Shown here: in pieces, positions 20,539-30,100 of the stretch
How positions within the stretch are numbered: the stretch's first letter is position 1
How the letters are laid out: each line of letters starts with the position of its first letter
Assembly (NCBI GenBank): GCA_038897215.1
Contig: JAWAWX010000001.1
Span: 512,001-576,000 of the forward strand
Direction: 5' to 3'
DNA from: Acidilobaceae archaeon
GTDB taxonomy: Archaea > Thermoproteota > Thermoprotei_A > Sulfolobales > Acidilobaceae
DNA length: 64,000 nucleotides
Notes under the pieces: model-generated
What the model saw: the letters and a program-made list of their open reading frames with translations, nothing else
Database searches by the model: none
What the model was told of the DNA's origin: nothing
Made by a program: the position numbers and the translations under genes

Positions 20539-21036
20539 GTGGAGGCTGAGGAGAGAGAGCAGCCCAGCCTAGAGGAGATAGCTGAGTGGATACGGAGAAA
20601 GCTCGCGGAAGTCGAGGAGGAGGAGAGGGTCCTGAGAGCTCTCCTATCACTAGTCGAGGAGAGAGAGCTCTCGAGACCAGATGAGACCATGGAGGAGATA
20701 AGAGTGGGGAGGAGAAGAGTTGGGAGACTGCACGTGGGGAGAAGCTATGTCAGAGCAGTCCCCGAGACTCCCATAGCCCTCCTGGCTGAAGTGAGAGACT
20801 ATCTTCTGAGTCTAGAGGAGGAACTCAAGAACGCATCACTCAATACTCTAAACCCGCCTAGACTCCTAGTGAAGGAGAGACCCGATGGAACTCTACAAGA
20901 AGTTAGATTCGAGAATCTGCAGACAACTTTAGACTTCATAAAAGCGAAAGCTGGACTAAGGTATGCGATAGAGACTTCGGCTGAACTCTCTAGAAGTAGA
21001 GGGAGAGAGAAGGAGAAAGAAGTAGAAGTGCTCTAG
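20539..21036 (+). CDS. Conserved archaeal hypothetical protein with N-terminal coiled coil
   Basis: LEEIAEWIRRKLAEVEEEERVLRALL heptad pattern followed by a beta-rich domain. Confidence 0.7.
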   Translation: MEAEEREQPSLEEIAEWIRRKLAEVEEEERVLRALLSLVEERELSRPDETMEEIRVGRRRVGRLHVGRSYVRAVPETPIALLAEVRDYLLSLEEELKNASLNTLNPPRLLVKERPDGTLQEVRFENLQTTLDFIKAKAGLRYAIETSAELSRSRGREKEKEVEVL

Positions 21037-21060
21037 AAACGCTTAGCGTCAGCGCTAGAG

Positions 21061-21498
21061 CTAGATCGATATAGACGGCCATCTGCGCTCCTGTTCTTCA
21101 CGCGACTCGCTTGAAACCCATCTAGCCTGAAAGAGTACAGGGCTCAGCTTATTGTCGGCATACAGTTTCTCCAGAGTATTCTTTACTTCACTTGTGTGAC
21201 TCATGTCTAGATTGAGGAGTAGCTCTAGGATTCTCATAGTGGTTTTCCAGACCTCGAGTAGTTGCTCTTTAGTCAAGACGCTAGCAATCAGAGGGTCTTG
21301 CATCCAATCGTCGAAAGCCTTGAGTGTTCTTATGAGATGGCTGAACGCTGCTCTTGTATGAATCACCATGTCTAGCCTATCAGCGTTTTCTATCTTAGAG
21401 TCTACGTGTCTAAAGCTGTCTAGCATGTATTTCTGATAGCTAACCCACCTCTCCAGGCTCCTCAGGAAATCCTTTATGTCCCTCTGAGAACTGGACAC
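21061..21498 (-). CDS. DUF2153 family protein
   Basis: LERWVSYQK, ADRLDMV, RAAFSHLIRTLKAFDDWMQDP, LDMSHTS. Confidence 0.85.
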   Translation of the reverse strand: MSSSQRDIKDFLRSLERWVSYQKYMLDSFRHVDSKIENADRLDMVIHTRAAFSHLIRTLKAFDDWMQDPLIASVLTKEQLLEVWKTTMRILELLLNLDMSHTSEVKNTLEKLYADNKLSPVLFQARWVSSESREEQERRWPSISI

Positions 21499-21644
21499 CT
21501 TAACTCCCTACGGTATCTCGTGAGCGAGACCTAATTTGAGTTGCCGCTTTAGATTATCGACGAGTAGCTGTAGCTACGCGACGACTTGAGGAAAGAGAGA
21601 AGAACGCGGAGAGATGGAGGAGATTAGCGGGTAGAGCTCCAGGT

Positions 21645-23012
21645 CTAGACTCCTATCTTCGGGAGGTATGAGAGGTCTATCTCTTGAGGCTCGTAGTCAA
21701 CTAGAGTTCCCTCGAGATACTCTAGGTATCCTTGAAGATCTAGGAGCCCGTGTCCGCTGAGATTAAAGAGGATTACCTTCTTCTCTCCTGTCTTAGCGAT
21801 CTCTCTCGCTAAGTCCATAGCTGCCTTCACGGCGTGAGCGCTCTCTGGAGCGGGGACTATGCCCTCTGCTTGAGCGAAGATCTTCCCGGCTTCGAAGACC
21901 TCTGTCTGGTGGTATGCTCTAGCCTTCACGTAGCCTTCGGCTACAAGGAGGCATAGGCTTGGAGCATCTCCGTGGTATCGCAGTCCTCCAGCATGAATTG
22001 GCGGGACTCTGTACTTGTGGCCCACGGTGTACATCTTGAGGAGTGGTGTTAGCTGTGCCGTGTCACCGTAGTCGTACGCGTAGACTCCCCGGGTTAGAGA
22101 GGGGCACGCTTTAGGCTCTACGGCTATAAACTCTATGTCTTTCCTCCCTCTTAGTCTAAGCTCCATGAATGGATAGGATAGTCCCGCGAAGTTGCTCCCT
22201 CCTCCTACACATCCTATTACGTAATCGGGAAGCTCTTCGCCGATTAATTCCAGTTGTTTGATAGCCTCTAGGCCTATTACTGTTTGATGGAGGAGAACGT
22301 GGTTTAATACACTTCCCAGACTATATCTAGCCTTCTCGTCTGACAACACGTCCTCTATGGCCTCCGATATAGCTATGCCTAGACTGCCGGGATTATCCGG
22401 ATCTTTCTCGAGTATGCTTCTCCCTACTTTAGTGTAGGGCGAGGGGCTCGGCACTACCTCTGCTCCATAGAGCTCCATCAAGACTCTTCTGTAGGGTTTC
22501 TGCATGTAGCTAGACTTAACCATAAACACTCTAACCTTGATGTCGAAGAGAGCGCCAGCTAGAGAGAGCGCTGAACCCCATTGCCCAGCTCCTGTTTCTG
22601 TAGCTAGCCTCTCGACACCCTCCTCTTTATTGTAGTATGCTTGAGCTACCGCTGTATTCACCTTGTGGCTACCTGTAGGCAGAACCCCCTCGTACTTGAA
22701 GTATATTCGAGCAGTTGTGCCTAGAAGTCTCTCGAGTCTTCGAGCTCTAATGAGAGGCGTTGGCCTCCCTAGCTCTATCAAAACCTCTCTGACAGCCTCT
22801 GGTATCTTGATGTAGCGCTCTTGAGAGACCTCTTGCCGGACAAGCTCTCTAGCGAAGAGTCTGTAGAACATCTCGATAGGCGCTGGCTCACCGCTCGGTA
22901 GGAGAGGTGGAGGCAACGGTCTAGGAAGGTCCGGGACTATGTTATACCAGTATTCTGGGACTATCTCCTCAGCTTGAGGAGCCCTACGGAACCTTCTTAG
23001 AGTTAAATCCAT
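21645..23012 (-). CDS. trpB2: TrpB2 (stand-alone tryptophan synthase beta-like PLP enzyme)
   Basis: [58 protein letters not shown]. Confidence 0.95.
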   Translation of the reverse strand: MDLTLRRFRRAPQAEEIVPEYWYNIVPDLPRPLPPPLLPSGEPAPIEMFYRLFARELVRQEVSQERYIKIPEAVREVLIELGRPTPLIRARRLERLLGTTARIYFKYEGVLPTGSHKVNTAVAQAYYNKEEGVERLATETGAGQWGSALSLAGALFDIKVRVFMVKSSYMQKPYRRVLMELYGAEVVPSPSPYTKVGRSILEKDPDNPGSLGIAISEAIEDVLSDEKARYSLGSVLNHVLLHQTVIGLEAIKQLELIGEELPDYVIGCVGGGSNFAGLSYPFMELRLRGRKDIEFIAVEPKACPSLTRGVYAYDYGDTAQLTPLLKMYTVGHKYRVPPIHAGGLRYHGDAPSLCLLVAEGYVKARAYHQTEVFEAGKIFAQAEGIVPAPESAHAVKAAMDLAREIAKTGEKKVILFNLSGHGLLDLQGYLEYLEGTLVDYEPQEIDLSYLPKIGV

Positions 23013-23269
23013 TGGCTCAAAGAAGCCACCTCTCTGCTCTAAGGCCTAGCTGAGAGAGAGCACCTTAAAAACGTTTCGGTCAACCCTTTGACCCTACATC
23101 AGCAGCAAAACGCCTCAGACTATGTCGGCTCTATCATCCCGCCTATACTAAACTAAACTAAAGCCTTTAAGAGTCCTCTATGAAGGGTTTGAATGCTCCG
23201 GATAGCGATGCGAGCAACGAGGTAATAGCGCTAGCTCTTAAGAAGCGACAAAAGAGTTAGAGCCCAGCC

Positions 23270-24373
23270 ATGTATGTAATCGGGGGTGTCAGGGGTCTGG
23301 GCTCAAATGAGATAGTATGGCTTGATGCGTCGACGCCTAAACGGCTCCTCCTATCAGCAAGTCTGGCGGAAATCCTGAGAGCTAGAGGCTTCAGACCACT
23401 CGTCACGGTTAGGAGTTATGATTATAGCTTAATGATGTTGCCTAAGCTAGGAGTCCACGACTACATCGTCGTGGGGGTACATGGAGGAGGAACGCTCAAA
23501 GGAAAGCTTGTAGCCGATATTGGGCGAATGATAGACCTCATACCTGTCTTAGAGGATAAGAATGTAGTTGCTCTCATATCCTACCCCTCGCCTCCAGCTG
23601 TGAGGGTAGCATACGGTCTCGGGATACCCTATATCGCTATGGGAGATACCCCGCATGGAGAAGCAATGAATAGACTCTCTTACCCTCTAGCTAGAGTCGC
23701 CATACTGAGCGAATTCATAGCGGAGGATTTGGCTAAATACTTCCTCAAAGACTTCACAGTGATAGAGACCTACAGGGGGGTAGACGAGCTTCTCTGGGTG
23801 AAGAGATTCGAGTGTAACAAACATGAAGAAGATGTCACAGAAGCGGGTTTGAAGCCTTTAAGCTATGTAGTGCTAAGACCGGAGGAGTTCATGGCTCACT
23901 ACTATGACCGTAGAGGAGAGAGCATAGTAATCAAGCTAAGCGAAGTAGTGCTAAGTGAGGGCTATACGCCCGTCGTACTGCCTAGGTACGAGAGTCAGTT
24001 GATTGAAGTCAAGTCCATGAAGGGAGTCAAGGTCATCGAGAAGCCGATACTAGGACCTGCTCTCGAATGCCATGCTGTAGCCGTGGTCACGGGCGGGATA
24101 ACCATGGCTAGAGAAGCTGCACTACTAGGAGTCCCGGGCATATCGGTTTTCTCTAAACCAATAAGGATAGACGTAAAATTAGCAGAGCTAGGGTTACCTA
24201 TATCGTATGCTAGAGACTACGAGGAAGCCTCCTATATCTTGAGAAAGATACTCAGAGACCCCGAAAGCCATAGAGTAGAGTCTCGGAAACTCATAGAATC
24301 TCTAGAGACTCCAGAAAGCAAGGTGGTAGCGTGGGTTGAGGCTTTAGCCTCCGAGGCTAAGAGATCGAGGTGA
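23270..24373 (+). CDS. DUF354 family protein (GT-B-like)
   Basis: VWLDASTPK, GVHGGGTLKGKL, DTPH, YRGVDE, LRPEE, GITMAREAALLGVP. Confidence 0.85.
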   Translation: MYVIGGVRGLGSNEIVWLDASTPKRLLLSASLAEILRARGFRPLVTVRSYDYSLMMLPKLGVHDYIVVGVHGGGTLKGKLVADIGRMIDLIPVLEDKNVVALISYPSPPAVRVAYGLGIPYIAMGDTPHGEAMNRLSYPLARVAILSEFIAEDLAKYFLKDFTVIETYRGVDELLWVKRFECNKHEEDVTEAGLKPLSYVVLRPEEFMAHYYDRRGESIVIKLSEVVLSEGYTPVVLPRYESQLIEVKSMKGVKVIEKPILGPALECHAVAVVTGGITMAREAALLGVPGISVFSKPIRIDVKLAELGLPISYARDYEEASYILRKILRDPESHRVESRKLIESLETPESKVVAWVEALASEAKRSR

Positions 24374-24380
24374 TTAAAGC

Positions 24381-25052
24381 ATGCTGAGAGTAGGTATTGA
24401 CGAAGCCGGGCGCGGTAGCGTAATAGGAGAGCTCTTCGTAGCAGCAATCGTCATACGTGATGCAGACGAAGAGCATCTTCTAAAGCTAGGAGTCAAAGAC
24501 AGTAAGAGGTTAAGCGAGAGGCAGAGAAGAGACCTCTATCACACGCTTAAGAGATGGCCTTTCGCAGTAACAGCCATATCGCCAAGAGAGATAGATACAT
24601 TCAACGTGAACATACTCGAGGAAGTCAAGATACAAGCATTACTCGATAATCTTAAGAGAAGAGTGGGAGACGAGATCCTAAACGCTAGAATCGCGATAGA
24701 TAAATTCGGCGACTCCTCTAAACTCATATCTAGGCTTAGATCAAGAGGGTTCAAGGGCGCTATAATTGTTGAGGAGAAAGCCGACGAGAGATACGTGGAG
24801 GTAGCTGCAGCCAGCATAATAGCCAAACATCTTAGAGACACTCGGATTAGAGTCCTCAGTAGCATTTATGGTGTTGAGGGGAGCGGCTATCCTTCAGACG
24901 AGAGAACACTGAGATGGCTGGAGAGAGTGCTCGAAGAAGGCTCTAGACCATCTATCATCAGATACTCGTGGAGCACTCTAGAGAAGCTAGGTCATGCTAG
25001 AGCAGGCAGGAAGCTAAACGTATATCATAAAAGTCTAGACGAGTACTTCTAG
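24381..25052 (+). CDS. rnhB: Ribonuclease HII
   Basis: GIDEAGRGSVIG, GVKDSKRL, KADERYVEVAAASIIAK, GSGYPSD, IRYSWST. Confidence 0.96.
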   Translation: MLRVGIDEAGRGSVIGELFVAAIVIRDADEEHLLKLGVKDSKRLSERQRRDLYHTLKRWPFAVTAISPREIDTFNVNILEEVKIQALLDNLKRRVGDEILNARIAIDKFGDSSKLISRLRSRGFKGAIIVEEKADERYVEVAAASIIAKHLRDTRIRVLSSIYGVEGSGYPSDERTLRWLERVLEEGSRPSIIRYSWSTLEKLGHARAGRKLNVYHKSLDEYF

Positions 25053-25065
25053 ACGTGGAGTAGCT

Positions 25066-26121
25066 TTGGAGAAATACAGGACGCTACGCGAACTCCTACT
25101 AGAGACTCTCAGGGAGAGAGAAGTCTACAGTGTAGGAGTCAAGGTAATCCTCAGTAGAAGCGAGTTAGCGAGACAGGGATTTCAAAGAATAGCCTTAGAG
25201 ATTCTTCTCAATGATGCTGTTATATGCGATGAACACGTTTTCGGAGAGGTTTTCAAAACCGAAACCATTAGCTCACAAGAATACCGGATAGTGATACCAC
25301 CAGGCTCTACGAGAGCTGACTCTACTCTAACCCGTCGGCTAAGATGCTCCAAGAGAGTTCTAGTTTCTCGCGATAATCTTGAAAAACTCGTCTCAATAAA
25401 CGTAAAGCCTCTATTCGTGATCGAGCTAGGAGCTTCGCGAAGAAGGAATAACCTAGGGTCTGAGGGGCTTCTCGAAGGCATCGACTTAGATGTCGAGATA
25501 GCTGATGCCTTAGAGTACATCAGGAGACATCTGTGGGACGAGAATCTAGTGATAGCTAGCTCTTCGCCCACGATAGTCGAGACTCTCGAGAAAAACGTAG
25601 GCTATAATAGAGTTGTGGTTACGGCTAAGAGTTCTGCTGAGTTCCTTTGGGGTAAGGGGATAGAGAGAGTAGCAGTGATAACGAGAAACGCTTACAAGCC
25701 GCTGACTTCAGACGAACTCTACAGCTATGATGCATACGTTTTCCCGATTCTAGGAGGAGATAATGATATCAAGACGAGGAGCCTCGTAGAGTCTCTAGTG
25801 CCGTGGGGTAAGCTTAGGAGAATAGAGCTTAGAGGCTCTACTGTAGGAGTCCCAGAGAAGCTCTCTCGCCTTCTCTGCATACTGGTAAGAGCGTTTTACG
25901 ACTTCGATGGAGACATTGATAAAGCCGTAGTCTCGTGTATGTCCTCTAGAGACATAAGGAGAAGACTCTTGAGAGAGATAGAGTCTAGAGCTAAGGAGAG
26001 CCTCATGGGTCGATATGTGAGTATAGAAGACTACTTAGACATAGCGAGCTGGCTACCCGTAACTGTGCAGGAGTTTAAGAGGGTCTGCGACCTTCTCGGG
26101 TTGAAGACCAGAGGGATCTAG
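25066..26121 (+). CDS. trm10: Trm10-like tRNA position-9 methyltransferase (SPOUT), divergent
   Basis: QRIALEILL, IRRHLWDENL, RRIELRGSTVGVP, typical of crenarchaeal Trm10. Confidence 0.7.
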   Translation: MEKYRTLRELLLETLREREVYSVGVKVILSRSELARQGFQRIALEILLNDAVICDEHVFGEVFKTETISSQEYRIVIPPGSTRADSTLTRRLRCSKRVLVSRDNLEKLVSINVKPLFVIELGASRRRNNLGSEGLLEGIDLDVEIADALEYIRRHLWDENLVIASSSPTIVETLEKNVGYNRVVVTAKSSAEFLWGKGIERVAVITRNAYKPLTSDELYSYDAYVFPILGGDNDIKTRSLVESLVPWGKLRRIELRGSTVGVPEKLSRLLCILVRAFYDFDGDIDKAVVSCMSSRDIRRRLLREIESRAKESLMGRYVSIEDYLDIASWLPVTVQEFKRVCDLLGLKTRGI

Positions 26122-26239
26122 TCGAAGCACGGTATGCTACGAAGCTCCTCAGAAACCTTTTTCGGTATAATCGAATCGCTGAGTCTCCATGGGGGTTCAA
26201 GTATCTCGACGTTCTGCTCTCTCTACTCATGCTCTAAGA

Positions 26240-26713
26240 CTATTCCTCTTGAAGATTAAGAGAGCTATCTTCTATCAGGTCTTCTAGAACAAAGATCGGC
26301 TTGTTGGTGAGAAGAGCCAGGAAGACCGCGTGGCTCGGTATCATCTTTATAGAGATCGTTGCGTTATCCTCTCTAAACTTAACTGACGCTGAGTAGAGCC
26401 CTGTAGACTTGTCTAACTCGTCCACGACTATGCTCTCAATGTGCTGAGATAGAGCATCTCTAAAAGGCTCGTGTGAGAGCACTAGTGTGAAGAAGCTCTG
26501 CCTACGTGGAATTGAGGTCTCGCCCTTCAAGGCTCTAATTGCTTCAGCTACATCTGAGGGGATATTTACCATGTTGAAGACTCTCCCGTCTTCTAGTATC
26601 AAATCGAGTCCTAGAATGTAACCAGAATAGCCTGTATAGGGGTCTCTGAACTGCTTCCAGGAGACCACGACCTCCGTTACTTTAACTAATCTGCTCTCTT
26701 CGTCTCTCTTCAT
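26240..26713 (-). CDS. Bifunctional nuclease (DUF151) family protein
   Basis: LEDGRVF, IVVDELD..GLYSASV, IPSHAVFLALLTNKPIFV. Confidence 0.8.
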   Translation of the reverse strand: MKRDEESRLVKVTEVVVSWKQFRDPYTGYSGYILGLDLILEDGRVFNMVNIPSDVAEAIRALKGETSIPRRQSFFTLVLSHEPFRDALSQHIESIVVDELDKSTGLYSASVKFREDNATISIKMIPSHAVFLALLTNKPIFVLEDLIEDSSLNLQEE

Positions 26714-26748
26714 TCGCTGAACACCAGCATTCTCTAAGTTTTATTCTT

Positions 26749-27471
26749 CTAGTAGCTCTGACAGTCTTTAAGCATTATCTTCTCCAACAGTGTAAGAACT
26801 CTGAACGTTGCACCCCAGGCTGTTAGAGACTCTCCGCATAGCAGGGAGAACTTCCGCTTCGCTAGGCTGAGAGTCTCTGTCTCGAAGTCGCCTCTTGGAA
26901 AACACCCTATGCCGAGAGCGCCGCTCGTCTCGACGAGTATTCTAGCTACGTCCTCTAGTCTCGCCTTCTCTCCTTTCTCCCAGAGTAGGAAGAGTTCATA
27001 GCCGGTCTTCTCGAGAAACTCCGGGAGGCTATCTGCCACCTTGAGTATTAGAGGTCTCCCGCTATCATCGACTATCTTCTCTCTAACTAGAGCGCTCGCT
27101 ATGACCCCCTTGAATCTCTCGTATGTCTTTGGCAATCTCGTTATCGAGCTTATAGCAAAGACTCTGCCATCGAACACCTGGAAGTATACATCGAGAGCGT
27201 TTTCTGCTCTTAGAGGGGTATCGCTTAACGCTAATAGGCAAGCGTGAAGTATGTCTGGTCTGCCTCGCTTCCACCTCTTCTCCAGCTCTCTCATCGCTTT
27301 ATAGTGGATGCTCTTGTCGAGAAGCATTAGGTCGGAGCGCGTAGCATACCTTCTAGCGCTCTCTAATACCTTAGGGTGTCTTCTAATCTCTTCGGGTACT
27401 ATTTCGACTGCACACTCTAGGAAGATGAATGCCGGCTTCTTGACTCTATCCCCCAAAGCTCTCTCCTCCAT
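26749..27471 (-). CDS. nep1: 16S rRNA pseudouridine N1-methyltransferase Nep1/Emg1
   Basis: LLDKSIHYKAM, KRGRPDILH, TRLPKTYERFKG, IGCFPRGDF. Confidence 0.92.
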   Translation of the reverse strand: MEERALGDRVKKPAFIFLECAVEIVPEEIRRHPKVLESARRYATRSDLMLLDKSIHYKAMRELEKRWKRGRPDILHACLLALSDTPLRAENALDVYFQVFDGRVFAISSITRLPKTYERFKGVIASALVREKIVDDSGRPLILKVADSLPEFLEKTGYELFLLWEKGEKARLEDVARILVETSGALGIGCFPRGDFETETLSLAKRKFSLLCGESLTAWGATFRVLTLLEKIMLKDCQSY

Positions 27472-28319
27472 GCTTCAAGTTGTTCAACAGGTCTCCCCTC
27501 GTACTCGGCTGCTGTCAGCAGGCTCACACCACGCATGGCTGCAACTCGAAAATGCTCAGCTAGGTATCCTCTATAGCTCCTGTCTCTTAGGAGATGGTGG
27601 TCAACTATCAGGTAATCCGGTCTAGCTTTTTCTATCAAATAGAGTAGGTTAGCGAGGCCCTTCTCCGCGACTCCGCGGCTAAGCTTCGACCCCTCTAGAT
27701 AGGTTGCTGGACCACCGATTACCAGATATCGCGGCCTCCTTTCTGACCACTTGACTAGAATCTCGAGAGCCTCTCTATCAACCGGTCCTTGGGTATCGCT
27801 TGCGAAGATCGCTACCTCGTCCTCACACTCTATCCTAGCCATCAGCACTTTGCCTACAACGCTCTCCGCTTCTCCGTGCCAGACAGGGGGCGACATCTCT
27901 ATAGTCAGGTCTCTAGCTATAGAGAAGAGTCTCCCATCGCCGAACTCTACTCTAGCCTTATCGATTAAACCGCTTTTCTTCAAAAACCTATGGCTTCTCA
28001 TTCTCTGACTGAAGTTTATGTCGCGCTGAGGGTTCTTGACTATGAGCGTCTTCCCAGCGTAGAGATCTGCATGGTCCTTCATGTAGTGGTCGTAGTGGTA
28101 GTGTGTTATGATGATTAAGTGAGACTCGGATAGAGCTACTCTGATAGAGTCGAGCACCTCCTCGAGTCTCTTCAGCTCCAGTATATGAGGAGGGAGACCG
28201 AACCTGACTGGAGCTAGAGCAGCCCCTAGATCTACGCCTATTATGATATCCCTGCATTCTACGAGCGTAGCTAAGCTTCTAACACCCATGCTGTCTGCTC
28301 CTAGAATTCGTAGTCTCAG
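27417..28319 (-). CDS. MBL-fold metallohydrolase (UPF0282); start uncertain (ORF track gives 28289)
   Basis: SMGVRSLAT, ALAPVRFGLPPH, THYHYDH, WHG, FASDTQGP, DHHLLRD. The reading frame continues upstream of the ATG as LRLRILGAD. Confidence 0.88.
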   Translation of the reverse strand: MRLRILGADSMGVRSLATLVECRDIIIGVDLGAALAPVRFGLPPHILELKRLEEVLDSIRVALSESHLIIITHYHYDHYMKDHADLYAGKTLIVKNPQRDINFSQRMRSHRFLKKSGLIDKARVEFGDGRLFSIARDLTIEMSPPVWHGEAESVVGKVLMARIECEDEVAIFASDTQGPVDREALEILVKWSERRPRYLVIGGPATYLEGSKLSRGVAEKGLANLLYLIEKARPDYLIVDHHLLRDRSYRGYLAEHFRVAAMRGVSLLTAAEYEGRPVEQLEAWRRELWGIESRSRHSSS

Positions 28320-28421
28320 ATCTCGCCACCACCTACCTAATAGCTTCTAGTCTAGAACCCTTTAAGAAGGTCTTCGCCGCCACCGACTAGACTCAGATTC
28401 TGGTTAGAACCGTTAGAGCCG

Positions 28422-28724
28422 GTGAGGAGACGCTCTCCGAATATACTCACCGACTATAACGCGGGGGCTTCAGTGGAGTCTCTGATTCAAGCGGTCGAGG
28501 AGTGGACGACTAAAATCACGGCGCTAGCTTGGGCTCTTCTTCTCCTAACCTGGAGTATAGCCTGGACTCTTAGAGGATCCCCTATACCGTTAGCTAGGGT
28601 AAAGAAGTTTGGTAGTAGTCTCGCTGAAGACGCTGTATGGGCTGCTTTCTGGCTTGCGATAGGGGCTCTAGTATTCAAAGTGATAGTGTATATCGCAGCA
28701 ATCCTGACGAACGCCATCAGGTAG
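28422..28724 (+). CDS. cedA1: CedA1 DNA-import pilin (likely start GTG at 28473)
   Basis: AWALLLLTWSIAWTLRGSPIP, EDAVWAAFWLAIG; two TM helices; upstream of cedA. Confidence 0.9.
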   Translation: MRRRSPNILTDYNAGASVESLIQAVEEWTTKITALAWALLLLTWSIAWTLRGSPIPLARVKKFGSSLAEDAVWAAFWLAIGALVFKVIVYIAAILTNAIR

Positions 28725-28727
28725 AGA

Positions 28728-30098
28728 GTGGTGACTGAGAGTCTCGTCATTCTAGCCCTGAAGCTCGCTATGCTCACCTTCTATCTAGGTGTCTTGATAT
28801 ACGCGCTTCCTATCCCTCTAGCTAGGCTTAAGAAGCTCGCTCCCGAGTCTATGGTAGACGCTGTATACGCCTGCCTCCTAGCTCTAGTCATTTTCAGCAT
28901 ATACGATGCATCGAGCAGAATAGCCTACCATCTAGGCGGGTCTTGGGGTCTTTTTGAAACATGGCTTCTTAGCGCGCTAAGCGTATCTGCTACCGTGAAG
29001 ATACTCGAGAGCCTTCTACTCTTCCTCCCGTTTATCTCGAAGATCTCTCCTCTACTTAGCGCCATCATATCACCCTTATCCAAAATGGCTACTCTAACAA
29101 TCATGCTCTGCGTTCTGCTAGCCGCTATAGCTACCCTCGTCAGAGTGTATGGGTATATCCTGATCGGTCTGGGGCTCGTTCTCTACGCTCTCCCCTTTAG
29201 GATAGGGAGAGATGCTGGAGCATGGCTGATAGCGTTCTGCCTAGTCTTTAACATTGGCTTGCCGTTGCTACCTGTGTTTATCGCGCAATTAGAGCCAGAG
29301 AGGCATCAGCTCCTCTCACCCGATACGTTCACTGTTCTCAGAGTATCCGTGACGAGCGCCTACGGGCATCCCGCTAGCTTCGGGGTTTTAGTGATCAGAG
29401 ATGAGAGTGGGAGCGATATCGCTGTATACGAGCTCTCTGAGGATGGCTTAGCGATGTCTAGCTATACCTCAAACTCTAAGATTGTAGCGCTCCCTACCAA
29501 CAAGCCTCTGTATGCGTCTCTTCAGTACGCGGGAGTAGAGTTTAGGCTTGCTCCTCGACCTTTCACCGTTAGCTCTAAGGATAGAGAGGTACCTCTGACG
29601 TCTCCCCACTTGATCCTCGTAGCGAAACCCGGCGTTATAGTCTTCTCGTCTACCACATCGCATGAGCTGAGTTTTAAGGATGGAGCGTGGGTGATTAGAG
29701 TTAAATCGAATACCGGAGACTACATAGACGTCAGGTATCCTAGACTCTGCAACGTGAATGTGAAGCATTACGGTGATGTCGAGATCAAGAAGGGCATATG
29801 GAGGTGGAGAGGTGTAGAGGGAGAAGCTCTCAGATTCATCGCGAACAAGCCTTCAGAAATAGGCGTCGAGGTCTCTCTGGGAGCGTGTGAGACACCCGCT
29901 TTCTCCAGTGTCTCTACGAAAGACTATCTGGACTATGTGGCGACTCAGCTAGCTCTAGTGGACTGGAATATATTCAAGACGTATGTTCTATACTATCTCA
30001 CAGTGCCCGCGCTGTATGTGACAACTCTCTTCCTAGCTACTACTGCTGTAGCGAGACTTCTCGGAGGTAGAGGCAGGCTTAGTGTAAGAGTGGTGTAG
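28728..30098 (+). CDS. cedA: CedA DNA-import membrane protein with a large soluble insertion
   Basis: LAMLTFYLGVLIYALPIP, GGSWGLF, LYALPFRIGRDAGAWLIAF, GLPLLPVF, terminal ARLLGG. Confidence 0.88.
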   Translation: MVTESLVILALKLAMLTFYLGVLIYALPIPLARLKKLAPESMVDAVYACLLALVIFSIYDASSRIAYHLGGSWGLFETWLLSALSVSATVKILESLLLFLPFISKISPLLSAIISPLSKMATLTIMLCVLLAAIATLVRVYGYILIGLGLVLYALPFRIGRDAGAWLIAFCLVFNIGLPLLPVFIAQLEPERHQLLSPDTFTVLRVSVTSAYGHPASFGVLVIRDESGSDIAVYELSEDGLAMSSYTSNSKIVALPTNKPLYASLQYAGVEFRLAPRPFTVSSKDREVPLTSPHLILVAKPGVIVFSSTTSHELSFKDGAWVIRVKSNTGDYIDVRYPRLCNVNVKHYGDVEIKKGIWRWRGVEGEALRFIANKPSEIGVEVSLGACETPAFSSVSTKDYLDYVATQLALVDWNIFKTYVLYYLTVPALYVTTLFLATTAVARLLGGRGRLSVRVV

Positions 30099-30100
30099 TC

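Noticed and set aside
20539-21036. Possible arcadin-family assignment of the coiled-coil protein
   Set aside because: The resemblance is from memory only, and no crenactin gene is in the window; it needs an HMM search.
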